DNA of 64,000 nt from NCBI GenBank assembly GCA_963744875.1, contig CAVUVQ010000050.1:77330-141329 (forward strand), written 5' to 3'. A program made the translations under genes and the position numbers. The notes under the pieces are model-generated. The model had not been told where the DNA came from and made no database searches. It was given only the letters and a program-made list of their open reading frames with translations. Below are positions 55,987-63,969 of the stretch, piece by piece (within the stretch, counting starts at the first letter, position 1; each line of letters begins with the position of its first letter). The DNA is from an uncultured Chloroflexia bacterium (lineage in GTDB: Bacteria; Chloroflexota; Ktedonobacteria; Ktedonobacterales; Ktedonobacteraceae).

Positions 55987-56085
55987 GTAGGGACTCGGTT
56001 CGACCGCGTCCGCGATTTATCGATCATTCCGTGTGGGAAACGCACCAACCGATGAATCGCGGACGCGGTCGAACCGGGTCCCTAC
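55987..56085. repeat. REP-like hairpin, family B (36-bp arms, 2 mismatches) overlapping the 3' end of a gene
   Basis: GTAGGGACTCGGTTCGACCGCGTCCGCGATTTATCG (55987-56022) pairs with CGATGAATCGCGGACGCGGTCGAACCGGGTCCCTAC (56050-56085). Confidence 0.9.
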
Positions 56086-56607
56086 TTGATGCCGCCAGTA
56101 AAGGATACCGATAATTAACACCACAAGTGCAAGCAGATCAAAGACGATCTCATAGGGAATATCATTGCGGCAAAAACCAAGGATCGTATCACTGCGACTG
56201 GCCGGCGTCAGGCACACCAGTTCGTTGACCTGGTGCAGATGGAGGATGGCGTGCTGAATAATACCATCATAGAGATTAAAGCCTCCCGCTCCAATGATGA
56301 TGGCCGCGACGATCAATTCGCGGAATGGTGAGATCCATGTGTCACGACCACGCCAGAGACGTAAGGCTCCCCATAACAACAAAAGCGTACTGAAGGCATG
56401 AAAGAGTCCATCGCTGAGAATACGTCCATGCTGATCAGTATTCCAGTAAAACGTATGCCACTGCAATAACTGATGAAGCAGCGTCTCATCCAGAAATGCC
56501 ATGATGCCAACACCTAACAGGATGCCCGTCCAGAAAGCCGAGCGCACAGTCTTGCGTGACGCGACATCAATCTTTGCTGTCTGTGTATGTTCACCTTCTA
56601 CCTTCAT
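56017..56607 (-). CDS. DUF2243-like membrane protein; the last roughly 23 codons and the stop lie inside a REP-like element
   Basis: GAGGAG precedes ATG 56607. FLDETLLHQLLQWH ... GGFNLYDGIIQHAILHLHQV resembles DUF2243. The tail QVGTRFDRVRDSSVGAFPTRNDR is encoded by 56085-56017, within the repeat. Confidence 0.6.
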   Translation of the reverse strand: MKVEGEHTQTAKIDVASRKTVRSAFWTGILLGVGIMAFLDETLLHQLLQWHTFYWNTDQHGRILSDGLFHAFSTLLLLWGALRLWRGRDTWISPFRELIVAAIIIGAGGFNLYDGIIQHAILHLHQVNELVCLTPASRSDTILGFCRNDIPYEIVFDLLALVVLIIGILYWRHQVGTRFDRVRDSSVGAFPTRNDR

Positions 56608-56693
56608 AATCTCCTCACTATTTGTTGCTACAAAATCACGACACGAAAGGAAATCGCGATAGTCAAACGTCATTGGACACCTTTTCTGGTGGA

Positions 56694-56809
56694 GCCCGGG
56701 TTTGTTCGCTCCGCTCACTGCACCCCTACATTGGCATGGGGAGTCGCCCTGGCAAAGGAAGTGATGATCCAATGTAGGGGTGCAGTGAGCGGAGCGAACA
56801 AACCCGGGC
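56694..56809. repeat. 41-bp perfect inverted repeat with 34-nt loop; CCCCTAC/GTAGGGG faces the loop
   Basis: GCCCGGGTTTGTTCGCTCCGCTCACTGCACCCCTACATTGG (56694-56734) and its exact complement (56769-56809). Confidence 0.9.
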
Positions 56810-56882
56810 CTTCCCGACAATCCGTTGCCTCAGCAAACCCATTGCCTTTGCCAAAAAATGTCCAATGATGTTTGACAGAGTG

Positions 56883-56929
56883 GTAGGGACCCGGTTCACC
56901 GCGTCCGCGATTTATCGACCTGGCCCTAC
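56883..56929. repeat. Truncated family B REP-like element (left arm plus terminal CCCTAC only)
   Basis: GTAGGGACCCGGTTCACCGCGTCCGCGATTTATCGACC, then tggCCCTAC. It closely matches the left arm of 55987-56022 but has no right arm. Confidence 0.75.
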
Positions 56930-56950
56930 CCATAACGGATGCATCAATCA

Positions 56951-58120
56951 TCAAGGTTTGAACACGATGCGCAGGCACTCATCTTCTTTATGTTTGAAGG
57001 TTTCATATGCCTCGTGGGCATGCTCCAGATCCATGCGATGCGTCACCACTTCGGCTGGATCGATCTCTCCACGCGCAACCCGCTCTACCAGCATCGCCAC
57101 GTAACGTTGAGCATGCATCTGCCCCATCCTGAAGGTCAAACCCTTATTAAACGCAACACCCAACGGAAACTTGTTGACATAACCACCATAGACACCCATG
57201 ATGGAGACCGTGCCACCTTTGCGGCAAGCCACAATAGCCTGACGCACGACATTGATACGGTCGGTCTCCAGGCGTAAGAACTGCTCAACTTTGTCATAGA
57301 CTCCCATGAAGCTGGCTCCATGCGACTCCATGCCGACCGCATCAATACAGGCATCTGGTCCCATACCGCCTGTCATCTGCTTTAACTCTTCGACTACATC
57401 AGTTCCTTCATAGTTCAGCACCTCTGCATGCCCAAATGTTTGCGCCATGCGCAGGCGTTCGGGAAAACGATCGATGGCAATCACGCGCTCGGCTCCCAAC
57501 ATATAGGCGCTGCGCATTGCAAACAGGCCTACCGCGCCTGCTCCCCAGACGGCCACCACATCGCCGGGACGGATCGAGCAGTTGTCTGCTCCCATATAGC
57601 CTGTGGGGAAGGCATCAGATAGGAACAATGCCTGCTCATCGGTGACCCCATCGGGGATCTTGACCGGACCGATATCAGCAAAGGGAACACGGATATATTC
57701 GGCCTGGCTCCCTGCATAGCCACCAAACAAATGCGAATATCCATAAATGGCCGCCGTGCTAAAACCAAATCCCGCTTCCATCATCGCAGCATTGGGGTTA
57801 GAATTGTCGCATAATGACCAGAGGTTGTTGCGGCAGAAGTAACAACGCCCACACGAGATGACAGATGGCACGACGACACGATCTCCTATCCTGAGATTGG
57901 TGATCTCTTTGCCAACCTCGACCACCTCGCCCATAAACTCGTGACCAAGAATATCGCCCTTTTCCATTGAAGGAATATAGCCATCATAGAGGTGCAGGTC
58001 AGAACCACAGATCGTGGTCGCTCCCACTTTTACGATGATATCGCGCGGATTTCTAAGCGTTGGATCCGGAACCGTTTCGGTACGGACATCATGGATACCA
58101 CGCCAGCAGACTGCTTTCAT
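56951..58120 (-). CDS. Zinc-dependent alcohol dehydrogenase family (glutathione-independent formaldehyde dehydrogenase-like)
   Basis: GGAAGGAG lies 8 nt upstream of ATG 58120. MKAVCW ... ICGSDLHLY.G ... GHEFMGEVVEVG ... the structural-zinc Cys cluster CGRCYFCRNNLWSLC ... VWGAGAVGL. Confidence 0.88.
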   Translation of the reverse strand: MKAVCWRGIHDVRTETVPDPTLRNPRDIIVKVGATTICGSDLHLYDGYIPSMEKGDILGHEFMGEVVEVGKEITNLRIGDRVVVPSVISCGRCYFCRNNLWSLCDNSNPNAAMMEAGFGFSTAAIYGYSHLFGGYAGSQAEYIRVPFADIGPVKIPDGVTDEQALFLSDAFPTGYMGADNCSIRPGDVVAVWGAGAVGLFAMRSAYMLGAERVIAIDRFPERLRMAQTFGHAEVLNYEGTDVVEELKQMTGGMGPDACIDAVGMESHGASFMGVYDKVEQFLRLETDRINVVRQAIVACRKGGTVSIMGVYGGYVNKFPLGVAFNKGLTFRMGQMHAQRYVAMLVERVARGEIDPAEVVTHRMDLEHAHEAYETFKHKEDECLRIVFKP

Positions 58121-58144
58121 GTACAAAGCTCCTTCCAGGCAGAT

Positions 58145-58951
58145 TTATTTTTTGCGTTTTTGTTTACTTAGATATTGGCCCTCGCCCACAGGCTGCTCGG
58201 AGAGTGTGGGGATCTCCCCTGCCTCCATCAGTTGTTTGAAACGGCGCAGGTTTTCGCGTACAAATTGTTCAGGAATACGACCGAGCAACTTTGCCAGGCT
58301 GACACCCGGCGCTCCAGCAGGTTGATAGTAGTAAATTTCAGAGATGACCGTCGTCCCTTTGGTATCGGGCGCGGGCACAAAGCGGACGCGACCCGCCTGA
58401 CCGGCGAGAGGAACACCACTAACGGCCTTCCAGGCAAGCGATTGATTGGGGAGATCCTCGGTAATCTCGGAGTCCCATTCGATATTTTGGCCCGTAGGCA
58501 ACTGGGCAACCCAGTGAGAGGTCTTATCATCAAGCACCTGGACGGACTGGACCATCTGCATATATTGTGGTGCCATCTCTAGATCGCGCCAGAAGCGATA
58601 GAGATCTTCAGGCGTCCCCTCAATCGTCATTGCTCGTCGCACCGCAATGCCACTATTCCCAGGTAGAGCCTCAAGGGTTGCAGGGTGATCGGAAACAGTA
58701 TTCACATCGAGAAAGCGATAGAGATAATCCTGACCCGTAATGCCGCGCCGAATCAGCTCGCCGCCAAGAGCTGCCAGCACGATGCCACGTACGCTAAAGC
58801 GTCTCAGCCCATACGTAACCAGGCTGCCACCTCCAATAACTGAGAGGAGGCGTTCTAACTGCCCGACATTGATGCGATCGGCCCGGCGGGGATCATGTCG
58901 GGCATCAGTCATATATGTCGGCGTAGTGGATGTCGTTGGTGTTGATACCAT
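58145..58951 (-). CDS. DUF2892 (YgaP-like membrane) N-terminal segment fused to an SRPBCC/cyclase-dehydrase domain
   Basis: NVGQLERLLSVIGGGSLVTYGLRRFSVRGIVLAALGGELIRRGITG is followed by an SRPBCC-like fold (LYRFWRDLE..P.YM....SV...D...SHW.A). Confidence 0.65.
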   Translation of the reverse strand: MVSTPTTSTTPTYMTDARHDPRRADRINVGQLERLLSVIGGGSLVTYGLRRFSVRGIVLAALGGELIRRGITGQDYLYRFLDVNTVSDHPATLEALPGNSGIAVRRAMTIEGTPEDLYRFWRDLEMAPQYMQMVQSVQVLDDKTSHWVAQLPTGQNIEWDSEITEDLPNQSLAWKAVSGVPLAGQAGRVRFVPAPDTKGTTVISEIYYYQPAGAPGVSLAKLLGRIPEQFVRENLRRFKQLMEAGEIPTLSEQPVGEGQYLSKQKRKK

Positions 58952-59062
58952 CTTTCTTGCTCCTTCAAAGCTTCCTGAACATACATTCTTGAGAAAAGTT
59001 GTATCTCAAACATTCAGTGGTGACTTCAAAAGTAGCACGTTTATGCAAAACAGAATGTAACT

Positions 59063-59311
59063 GTGCCAAAGGACGATATATCCTTGCAAATGCCTTACAA
59101 AATAGCCCCTCTTTCGTGTACTATTAGCACTATACGTAGCAAACAGGCGCACATCTCTGAAACGCTAGTCTCCTATGGGCAGTGGCTCTTCTGGATCGGT
59201 GGAATTGGTATACTCTCACTTATCGTGGGGATCATCCTCTTCTTTGTTGGTCAGAGAACGGTCAAAAAAGACGTGAGCGATGAGGAGATTATCGCACAGG
59301 TAACAACATAA
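59063..59311 (+). CDS. Hypothetical small protein with one TM helix (weak call)
   Basis: 82-aa ORF with a non-ATG start and no clear RBS. It contains the TM segment WLFWIGGIGILSLIVGIILFFVG. It could be non-coding. Confidence 0.25.
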   Translation: MPKDDISLQMPYKIAPLSCTISTIRSKQAHISETLVSYGQWLFWIGGIGILSLIVGIILFFVGQRTVKKDVSDEEIIAQVTT

Positions 59312-59314
59312 CAC

Positions 59315-59400
59315 GTAGAGGCCAGATTGATCGCGCCCACGGGTGTGTGATGTAATGAATGGTTTCACACACCCGTGGGCGCGATCAATCTGGCCTCTAC
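59315..59400. repeat. REP-like hairpin, family C (36-bp perfect arms, 14-nt loop)
   Basis: GTAGAGGCCAGATTGATCGCGCCCACGGGTGTGTGA (59315-59350) and its exact complement (59365-59400). The terminal CTAC provides the TAG stop (59397-59399) of the minus-strand TetR gene. Confidence 0.92.
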
Positions 59401-60005
59401 CGTTCCAGTCCCGTAGCGAAAATATCCTCGAACATAGCCGCAATGCTCTGCGGCGTGTAGTTCCCAGCCGCCCGATACCATTGAGAGAGCGAATTGCACA
59501 TACCAAGCAGGCCAAAGGCAACCATCTTCGCATCCATATCCGCCTTGAAAACACCCGCCCGCTGACCTTCCTCAATGATACGTTCAAAGTAGCGCTCGTA
59601 GACTTTTCTACGTAGTAATATCTCTTTCGCAAACGGACCCGTGAGATGATGTTGCTCACGGAAGAAGACCGTCATGGCTGGTGAGCGATCGGCTGCTACG
59701 GTCGTCTGATGCTCTATGGCTCGTCGCAGCTTCTCTTGCGGAGCCGTATCAGCTTCGACGATGTGTCGCAACGGCTCTTCACTGACCGTTAAGACCGTCA
59801 GGTAGATCAGGCGCAGGATCTCTTCTTTGTTTTTGACATGATAGTAAAGCGCACCCTTCGTCGCCCCCAATACATCTGCGATATCTTCAAGACTGGTTGC
59901 TCCAAATCCCTTCTGGGCAAACAATCTGGCGGCGGCAGCCACAATCGCCTGTTGGGTGATACGTTCGCGCTTGACGGGCTTATTCGGGAATGCAGCGGGC
60001 GTCAT
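59397..60005 (-). CDS. TetR/AcrR family transcriptional regulator
   Basis: The N-terminal HTH is ITQQAIVAAAARLFAQKGFGATSLEDIADVLGATKGALYYHVKNKEEIL. 202 aa. Confidence 0.9.
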   Translation of the reverse strand: MTPAAFPNKPVKRERITQQAIVAAAARLFAQKGFGATSLEDIADVLGATKGALYYHVKNKEEILRLIYLTVLTVSEEPLRHIVEADTAPQEKLRRAIEHQTTVAADRSPAMTVFFREQHHLTGPFAKEILLRRKVYERYFERIIEEGQRAGVFKADMDAKMVAFGLLGMCNSLSQWYRAAGNYTPQSIAAMFEDIFATGLER

Positions 60006-60284
60006 AAATGTGGCCCCTACGATCGCGTCCTTATCTTTGTGATCTTCGATTTTGGGTGCTCCATTTCAACAAATATATTTGATCATGTCCATATGATTTC
60101 TACCCATTGTTTAAATTAATGGTAATCGTAAATTGGCGTTTTGTCAATAGGATAACCCTTGCTTTTTCTCTTTCCATAAGGTATAAACATACTAAGCGTT
60201 CAAAAACTCGTAGATAAATGCAGGACGAGAACAGGATAGGAACATCAATTTGCATGCTCTAGATATCTACAAATGTTCGTAAAA

Positions 60285-60375
60285 CGGTAGGGACCCGATT
60301 GTATCGCGTCCGCCATTCATGGGATAGGACCCTGGATCGATCAATCACGGACGCGATACAATCGGGTCCCTACCG
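60285..60375. repeat. REP-like hairpin, family A copy 3 (28-bp perfect arms)
   Basis: CGGTAGGGACCCGATTGTATCGCGTCCG (60285-60312) and CGGACGCGATACAATCGGGTCCCTACCG (60348-60375). It differs from copy 1 by a compensated C->T / G->A pair. Confidence 0.9.
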
Positions 60376-60428
60376 TATTGGATACATAGCGGGTATATGC
60401 AGTTTTTTCATGACATAAAGGAGAAATT

Positions 60429-61391
60429 ATGGCTTCTCTTGCCCCGGTCAAGTTACAAAGCGAAGAGGCTGTACTCGAACGTCTGCGTAAGCAGCAGTTA
60501 GTTGAGTCGCTTGAACATATGAGTCCCATCTATCTTGAGGGCATTAAACGCATCCTCACAGTTTCAGCCGATACCGAGCTGATTAGCGCACCCGCTTACT
60601 ATCACGCCGCCGTTTATGCACCCACCCTCAATAACTTTGGGTCAGCCGTCTCCATTATCCAGGACGAACTTGGACATGCACATATCGCCTATCGCCTGCT
60701 CCGTGACCTGGGCGTCGATACGGATAAACTGATCTTTGAGCGTGCCCCACGCGACTTTAAATATCCCTACGCATTTGATGTGGCCCTGGATAGCTGGGTT
60801 GAGATGATTGTGGCGAATGCATTCTATGATCGCGCAGGCTACACCTTGCTGGGGGATATCTATCGCAGCACAACGTTCGGCCCCTGGAAGCGTGCCCTGG
60901 TCAAGGTTGATAAGGAAGAGACATTCCACCTGCGCCACGGTGAGCAGAACATGCGTAAAATCAATCAGACGCCGGAGGGTCATGAGGCTTTGCAGCGAGC
61001 GGTAGATTGGATGTTTATGCTTACAGTCGAATGGTTTGGCTTGCCCGATGATCTGAAGAAACATAGCGAACAGCTCGACTATGGTTTTAAGGGTCACAGC
61101 AACGATGAACTACGCCAGATCTGGATGACCACTGCGGTTCCACTGTGCAGCGAACTACACCTCAATGTGCCCGCACATTATGATGAAGAACAGAAAAAAT
61201 ACGTCATTGATTGCCCATTCCCTGCCCATTTCGATGCAAAGGCGAAACGCTGGCTGCTCGAAGACGGAGCCTGTAGCTGGAACGATGTCATGAAGCGCTG
61301 GAAAGCTCGTGGACCGATGAACGAGGAGTTTGTTGGATTGGTCCAGCGCGGACGACGCGAGATGTTACGTCTATTGGAGCAAGAGGCATGA
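60429..61391 (+). CDS. paaA: 1,2-phenylacetyl-CoA epoxidase subunit A
   Basis: 320 aa with AAAGGAG upstream. Ferritin-like di-iron ligand pattern (IIQDELGHAHIAY ... EETFHLRHGE) and the operon context with paaB/paaC. Confidence 0.85.
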   Translation: MASLAPVKLQSEEAVLERLRKQQLVESLEHMSPIYLEGIKRILTVSADTELISAPAYYHAAVYAPTLNNFGSAVSIIQDELGHAHIAYRLLRDLGVDTDKLIFERAPRDFKYPYAFDVALDSWVEMIVANAFYDRAGYTLLGDIYRSTTFGPWKRALVKVDKEETFHLRHGEQNMRKINQTPEGHEALQRAVDWMFMLTVEWFGLPDDLKKHSEQLDYGFKGHSNDELRQIWMTTAVPLCSELHLNVPAHYDEEQKKYVIDCPFPAHFDAKAKRWLLEDGACSWNDVMKRWKARGPMNEEFVGLVQRGRREMLRLLEQEA

Positions 61392-61741
61392 CTACAACAT
61401 ATCCATCACTGCAAACACCATACGCCACCGCTACATCCTGCCCACACTTGTGGGATGCCTTGCGCGACGTAATGGACCCCGAAATCCCGATCAGTGTAGT
61501 CGACATGGGCCTGATCGTCGATCTACAGGCATCCGAGGGGATCGTGCAGGTAAAACTCACCTTCACCGCCATGGGTTGTCCGGCAACAGACTTCATTCTC
61601 GAGGATGTGCGTACACGCCTGCTGCAAGAACCCGGCGTCAAAGATGTGCAGATCGAGATCGTCTGGAGTCCCGTCTGGAGCAAAGAGCGGCTCAGCGAGG
61701 AAGGGATCGATATTATGCGCACCTGGGGGATATCAGCATGA
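61388..61741 (+). CDS. paaD: DUF59/MIP18-type domain protein corresponding to the N-terminal half of PaaD
   Basis: LWDALRDVMDPEIPISVVDMGLIVDL ... LTFTAMGCPATDFILEDVR ... IVWSPVWSKERLSEEG aligns by eye with E. coli PaaD residues about 10-110. The start overlaps the paaA stop (ATGA). Confidence 0.75.
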   Translation: MTTTYPSLQTPYATATSCPHLWDALRDVMDPEIPISVVDMGLIVDLQASEGIVQVKLTFTAMGCPATDFILEDVRTRLLQEPGVKDVQIEIVWSPVWSKERLSEEGIDIMRTWGISA

Positions 61742-61971
61742 GCCAGCCTACACATACCATACCAAACAGGCGCGAGGCCAGCACCGAAAGCCATGTCTGG
61801 CAGGTCTACGCACGCCGCAAATACGATGAGCCGCTCTATGAAGTCGGGAACGTGATGGCGGATGATGTTGAGCTGGCAAAAGTCTACGCACGCAGCATAT
61901 TCGACGAATTTAGCTGGATTGAGATGGTCATCATACCACGCGAGACCATTGTCACCGTTATCGCATCATAG
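61738..61971 (+). CDS. paaB: 1,2-phenylacetyl-CoA epoxidase subunit B
   Basis: ATG 61738 overlaps the preceding TGA (ATGA). VWQVYARRKYDEPLYEVGNVMADDVELAKVYARSIFDE...EMVIIPRE is the PaaB signature as I recall it. 77 aa. Confidence 0.8.
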   Translation: MSQPTHTIPNRREASTESHVWQVYARRKYDEPLYEVGNVMADDVELAKVYARSIFDEFSWIEMVIIPRETIVTVIAS

Positions 61972-62093
61972 TTTTATTTCAGTACCCTCAAACGGGTCGA
62001 GGAGAAATGGTAGCTCCAACCTCCTTCAGCGAGGAAAGTATACCTCTCAAACCCGCAGAGGCCAAGTGGAAATGCAATAAATAGGGAGTACAT

Positions 62094-62849
62094 ATGGCAA
62101 CAGGCACACGTATCGACAACGCCGCGCTTTTCGCGCTGCTCTCATCGCTTGCCGATAACAAACAGGCCATCGCACGACGCTACGCCTACTGGAGCAATGG
62201 CGCTCCGGCCCTGGAAGCTGCCGTCGCCGCCGCCGCCATGACACAGGATGAACTGGGTCATGCCCGTACCCTGTATCCTCTTTTAGAGGATTTTGCTCAG
62301 GCAACGCAAGATCCAGCACAGGTCGATCCAACTACACGCACGCTCCACTATCATCTATCCTATCTGGACCATGATTTTCAGGGCTGGTCCGACTTCGTGG
62401 CAACAAACTTTCTATTGGATACCGCGCTGACTACCTTCTTTGAGGCGGCGCAGAACTCCAGCTACGAACCATTGAGCCAGCGAGCACGCAAAGTGATACA
62501 GGAAGAACGCGTCCATTTTGTGCATGGCGAAGGTTGGGTGCGCCGTTTAGCACATATGGGTGGTGGAGTACGCACCTCTCTCGTCGCGTCACTCACCCGC
62601 CTCTGGGATGAAACCCTCTGCTGGTTCGGTCCCGACGACGATCCTGGTATGCAACGCTTATACCAGGCAGGAATTCTCGATGCATCTCCCGACGAACTGC
62701 GCAGCCGCTATCTCTACAAGATTATGCCCACATTGAGCGATCTGGAGATAGGCGTTTCCGTCTCCTTCAATGCCACCAAAAAAACCTGGGAGCCAACTCA
62801 CGAGCTTCCCTGGTCAAACTGGGACGCCACCACCAGGAGGTTACAATAA
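62094..62849 (+). CDS. paaC: 1,2-phenylacetyl-CoA epoxidase subunit C
   Basis: 251 aa. LADNKQAIARRY..W...AP.LE..VA.AAM.QDELGHAR.LY.LL ... QEERVH. It is ferritin-like and follows paaB. Confidence 0.8.
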   Translation: MATGTRIDNAALFALLSSLADNKQAIARRYAYWSNGAPALEAAVAAAAMTQDELGHARTLYPLLEDFAQATQDPAQVDPTTRTLHYHLSYLDHDFQGWSDFVATNFLLDTALTTFFEAAQNSSYEPLSQRARKVIQEERVHFVHGEGWVRRLAHMGGGVRTSLVASLTRLWDETLCWFGPDDDPGMQRLYQAGILDASPDELRSRYLYKIMPTLSDLEIGVSVSFNATKKTWEPTHELPWSNWDATTRRLQ

Positions 62850-62852
62850 ATT

Positions 62853-63059
62853 ATGGAAACCAATTGGGAAACCAATCCTATCCCATCTGAGACAACGCCA
62901 ACAGTCACTTGCCCTTATTGCAGGTCAACCAATACCGAATTCTTTTCACTGTTCGGCCAACAACTGCTGACCGAACAGCACTATTGCAACAACTGTCGTA
63001 CGCCCTTTGAGTACATTAAAGACGATGTACACGTTATTCCCGAAAGGAAAAATGCATGA
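62853..63059 (+). CDS. paaD: Small zinc-ribbon protein corresponding to the C-terminal part of PaaD
   Basis: VTCPYCRSTNTEFFSLFGQQLLTEQHYCNNCRTPFEYIK parallels E. coli PaaD VRCPRCASVHTTLISEFGSTACKALYRCDSCREPFDYFK. Confidence 0.7.
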   Translation: METNWETNPIPSETTPTVTCPYCRSTNTEFFSLFGQQLLTEQHYCNNCRTPFEYIKDDVHVIPERKNA

Positions 63060-63856
63060 CCACCACAAGCGAGCGCCTTCTGGTAAACTATACGGTTACC
63101 GATGGAGTCGCGATCATTGAGTTAAACAACCTGCCTGCCAACACCTATAGCTATGAGATGATGCGACAACTCGACGATGCGATTATACAGGCACGCTTCG
63201 ATGAGAAGGTATTCGTCATCCTATTGCGCGGTGCAGGCGAGAAATTCTTCAGTGCCGGTGCGGAGATCAGCATGTTGAACTCCGTCACGCCAGAGTTCAA
63301 ATATTATTTTTGCCTCCACGCGAACGAGACGCTGATACGCCTGGAACAAACACCCAAAATCGTGATCGCCGCACTGAACGGGCACACGGTCGGCGGTGGT
63401 TTAGAGATCGCGCTCGCCTGTGATATCCGCATCGCCCGTAAGGGTGGAGGCAAAGTTGGCTTGCCTGAAGTGAATCTTGGCGTACTCCCCGGCACGGGCG
63501 GCACACAACGCCTGGCACGCGCACTTCCCAAAAATAAAGCGATTGAAATGATGACCGAAGGCAAACTCATCAGCTTTGAAGAGGCGGCAGCATTAGGCCT
63601 TATCAACTATGTCTACGAATCGGAGACTTATTGGGACGAAGTTATGAATTACGCTCGTTCCTTCTGCCCACCCAACAAAGCGGCAAGGGCCGTTGGACGT
63701 ATCAAGCGTTCAGTGCAATCTGGCTCCGAAGTCTCATTCTCCGAGAGCCTGGCAATCGAGCGCGAGATGCAACAACTCCTCTTCCAGAGCGAAGACGCCA
63801 AAGAAGGTATTGCCGCCTATATCGAAAAACGTACCCCCTCATTTAAAGCACGCTAA
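63056..63856 (+). CDS. Enoyl-CoA hydratase/isomerase (crotonase) family, PaaF/PaaG-like
   Basis: 266 aa. VAIIELNN...N ... FSAGAEI ... IAALNGHTVGGGLEIALACDIR.A ... GLPEVNLG..PG.GGTQRL. The start overlaps the preceding stop (ATGA). Confidence 0.88.
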   Translation: MTTTSERLLVNYTVTDGVAIIELNNLPANTYSYEMMRQLDDAIIQARFDEKVFVILLRGAGEKFFSAGAEISMLNSVTPEFKYYFCLHANETLIRLEQTPKIVIAALNGHTVGGGLEIALACDIRIARKGGGKVGLPEVNLGVLPGTGGTQRLARALPKNKAIEMMTEGKLISFEEAAALGLINYVYESETYWDEVMNYARSFCPPNKAARAVGRIKRSVQSGSEVSFSESLAIEREMQQLLFQSEDAKEGIAAYIEKRTPSFKAR

Positions 63857-63969
63857 ACTTGAATGGCCTTTGTAGGAACAGGGATGAGGCCAATTGAAAT
63901 TTGCCATATCACCCAGGTGTCATTCATTGTCGAATGTTTTTCTTACGAGAGGAAAAGGGGGTATCGTTC

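Noticed and set aside
56608-56820. N-terminal extension of the DUF2243-like ORF (track start 56820)
   Set aside because: The extension is encoded by the 41-bp-arm palindrome at 56694-56809. A strong GAGGAG RBS precedes the internal ATG at 56607, where the membrane protein homology begins.
61330-61971. 213-aa ORF in the ORF track
   Set aside because: Only the last 77 codons (from ATG 61738) match PaaB. The upstream part overlaps paaA and the DUF59 gene in another frame and reads as Arg-rich nonsense.
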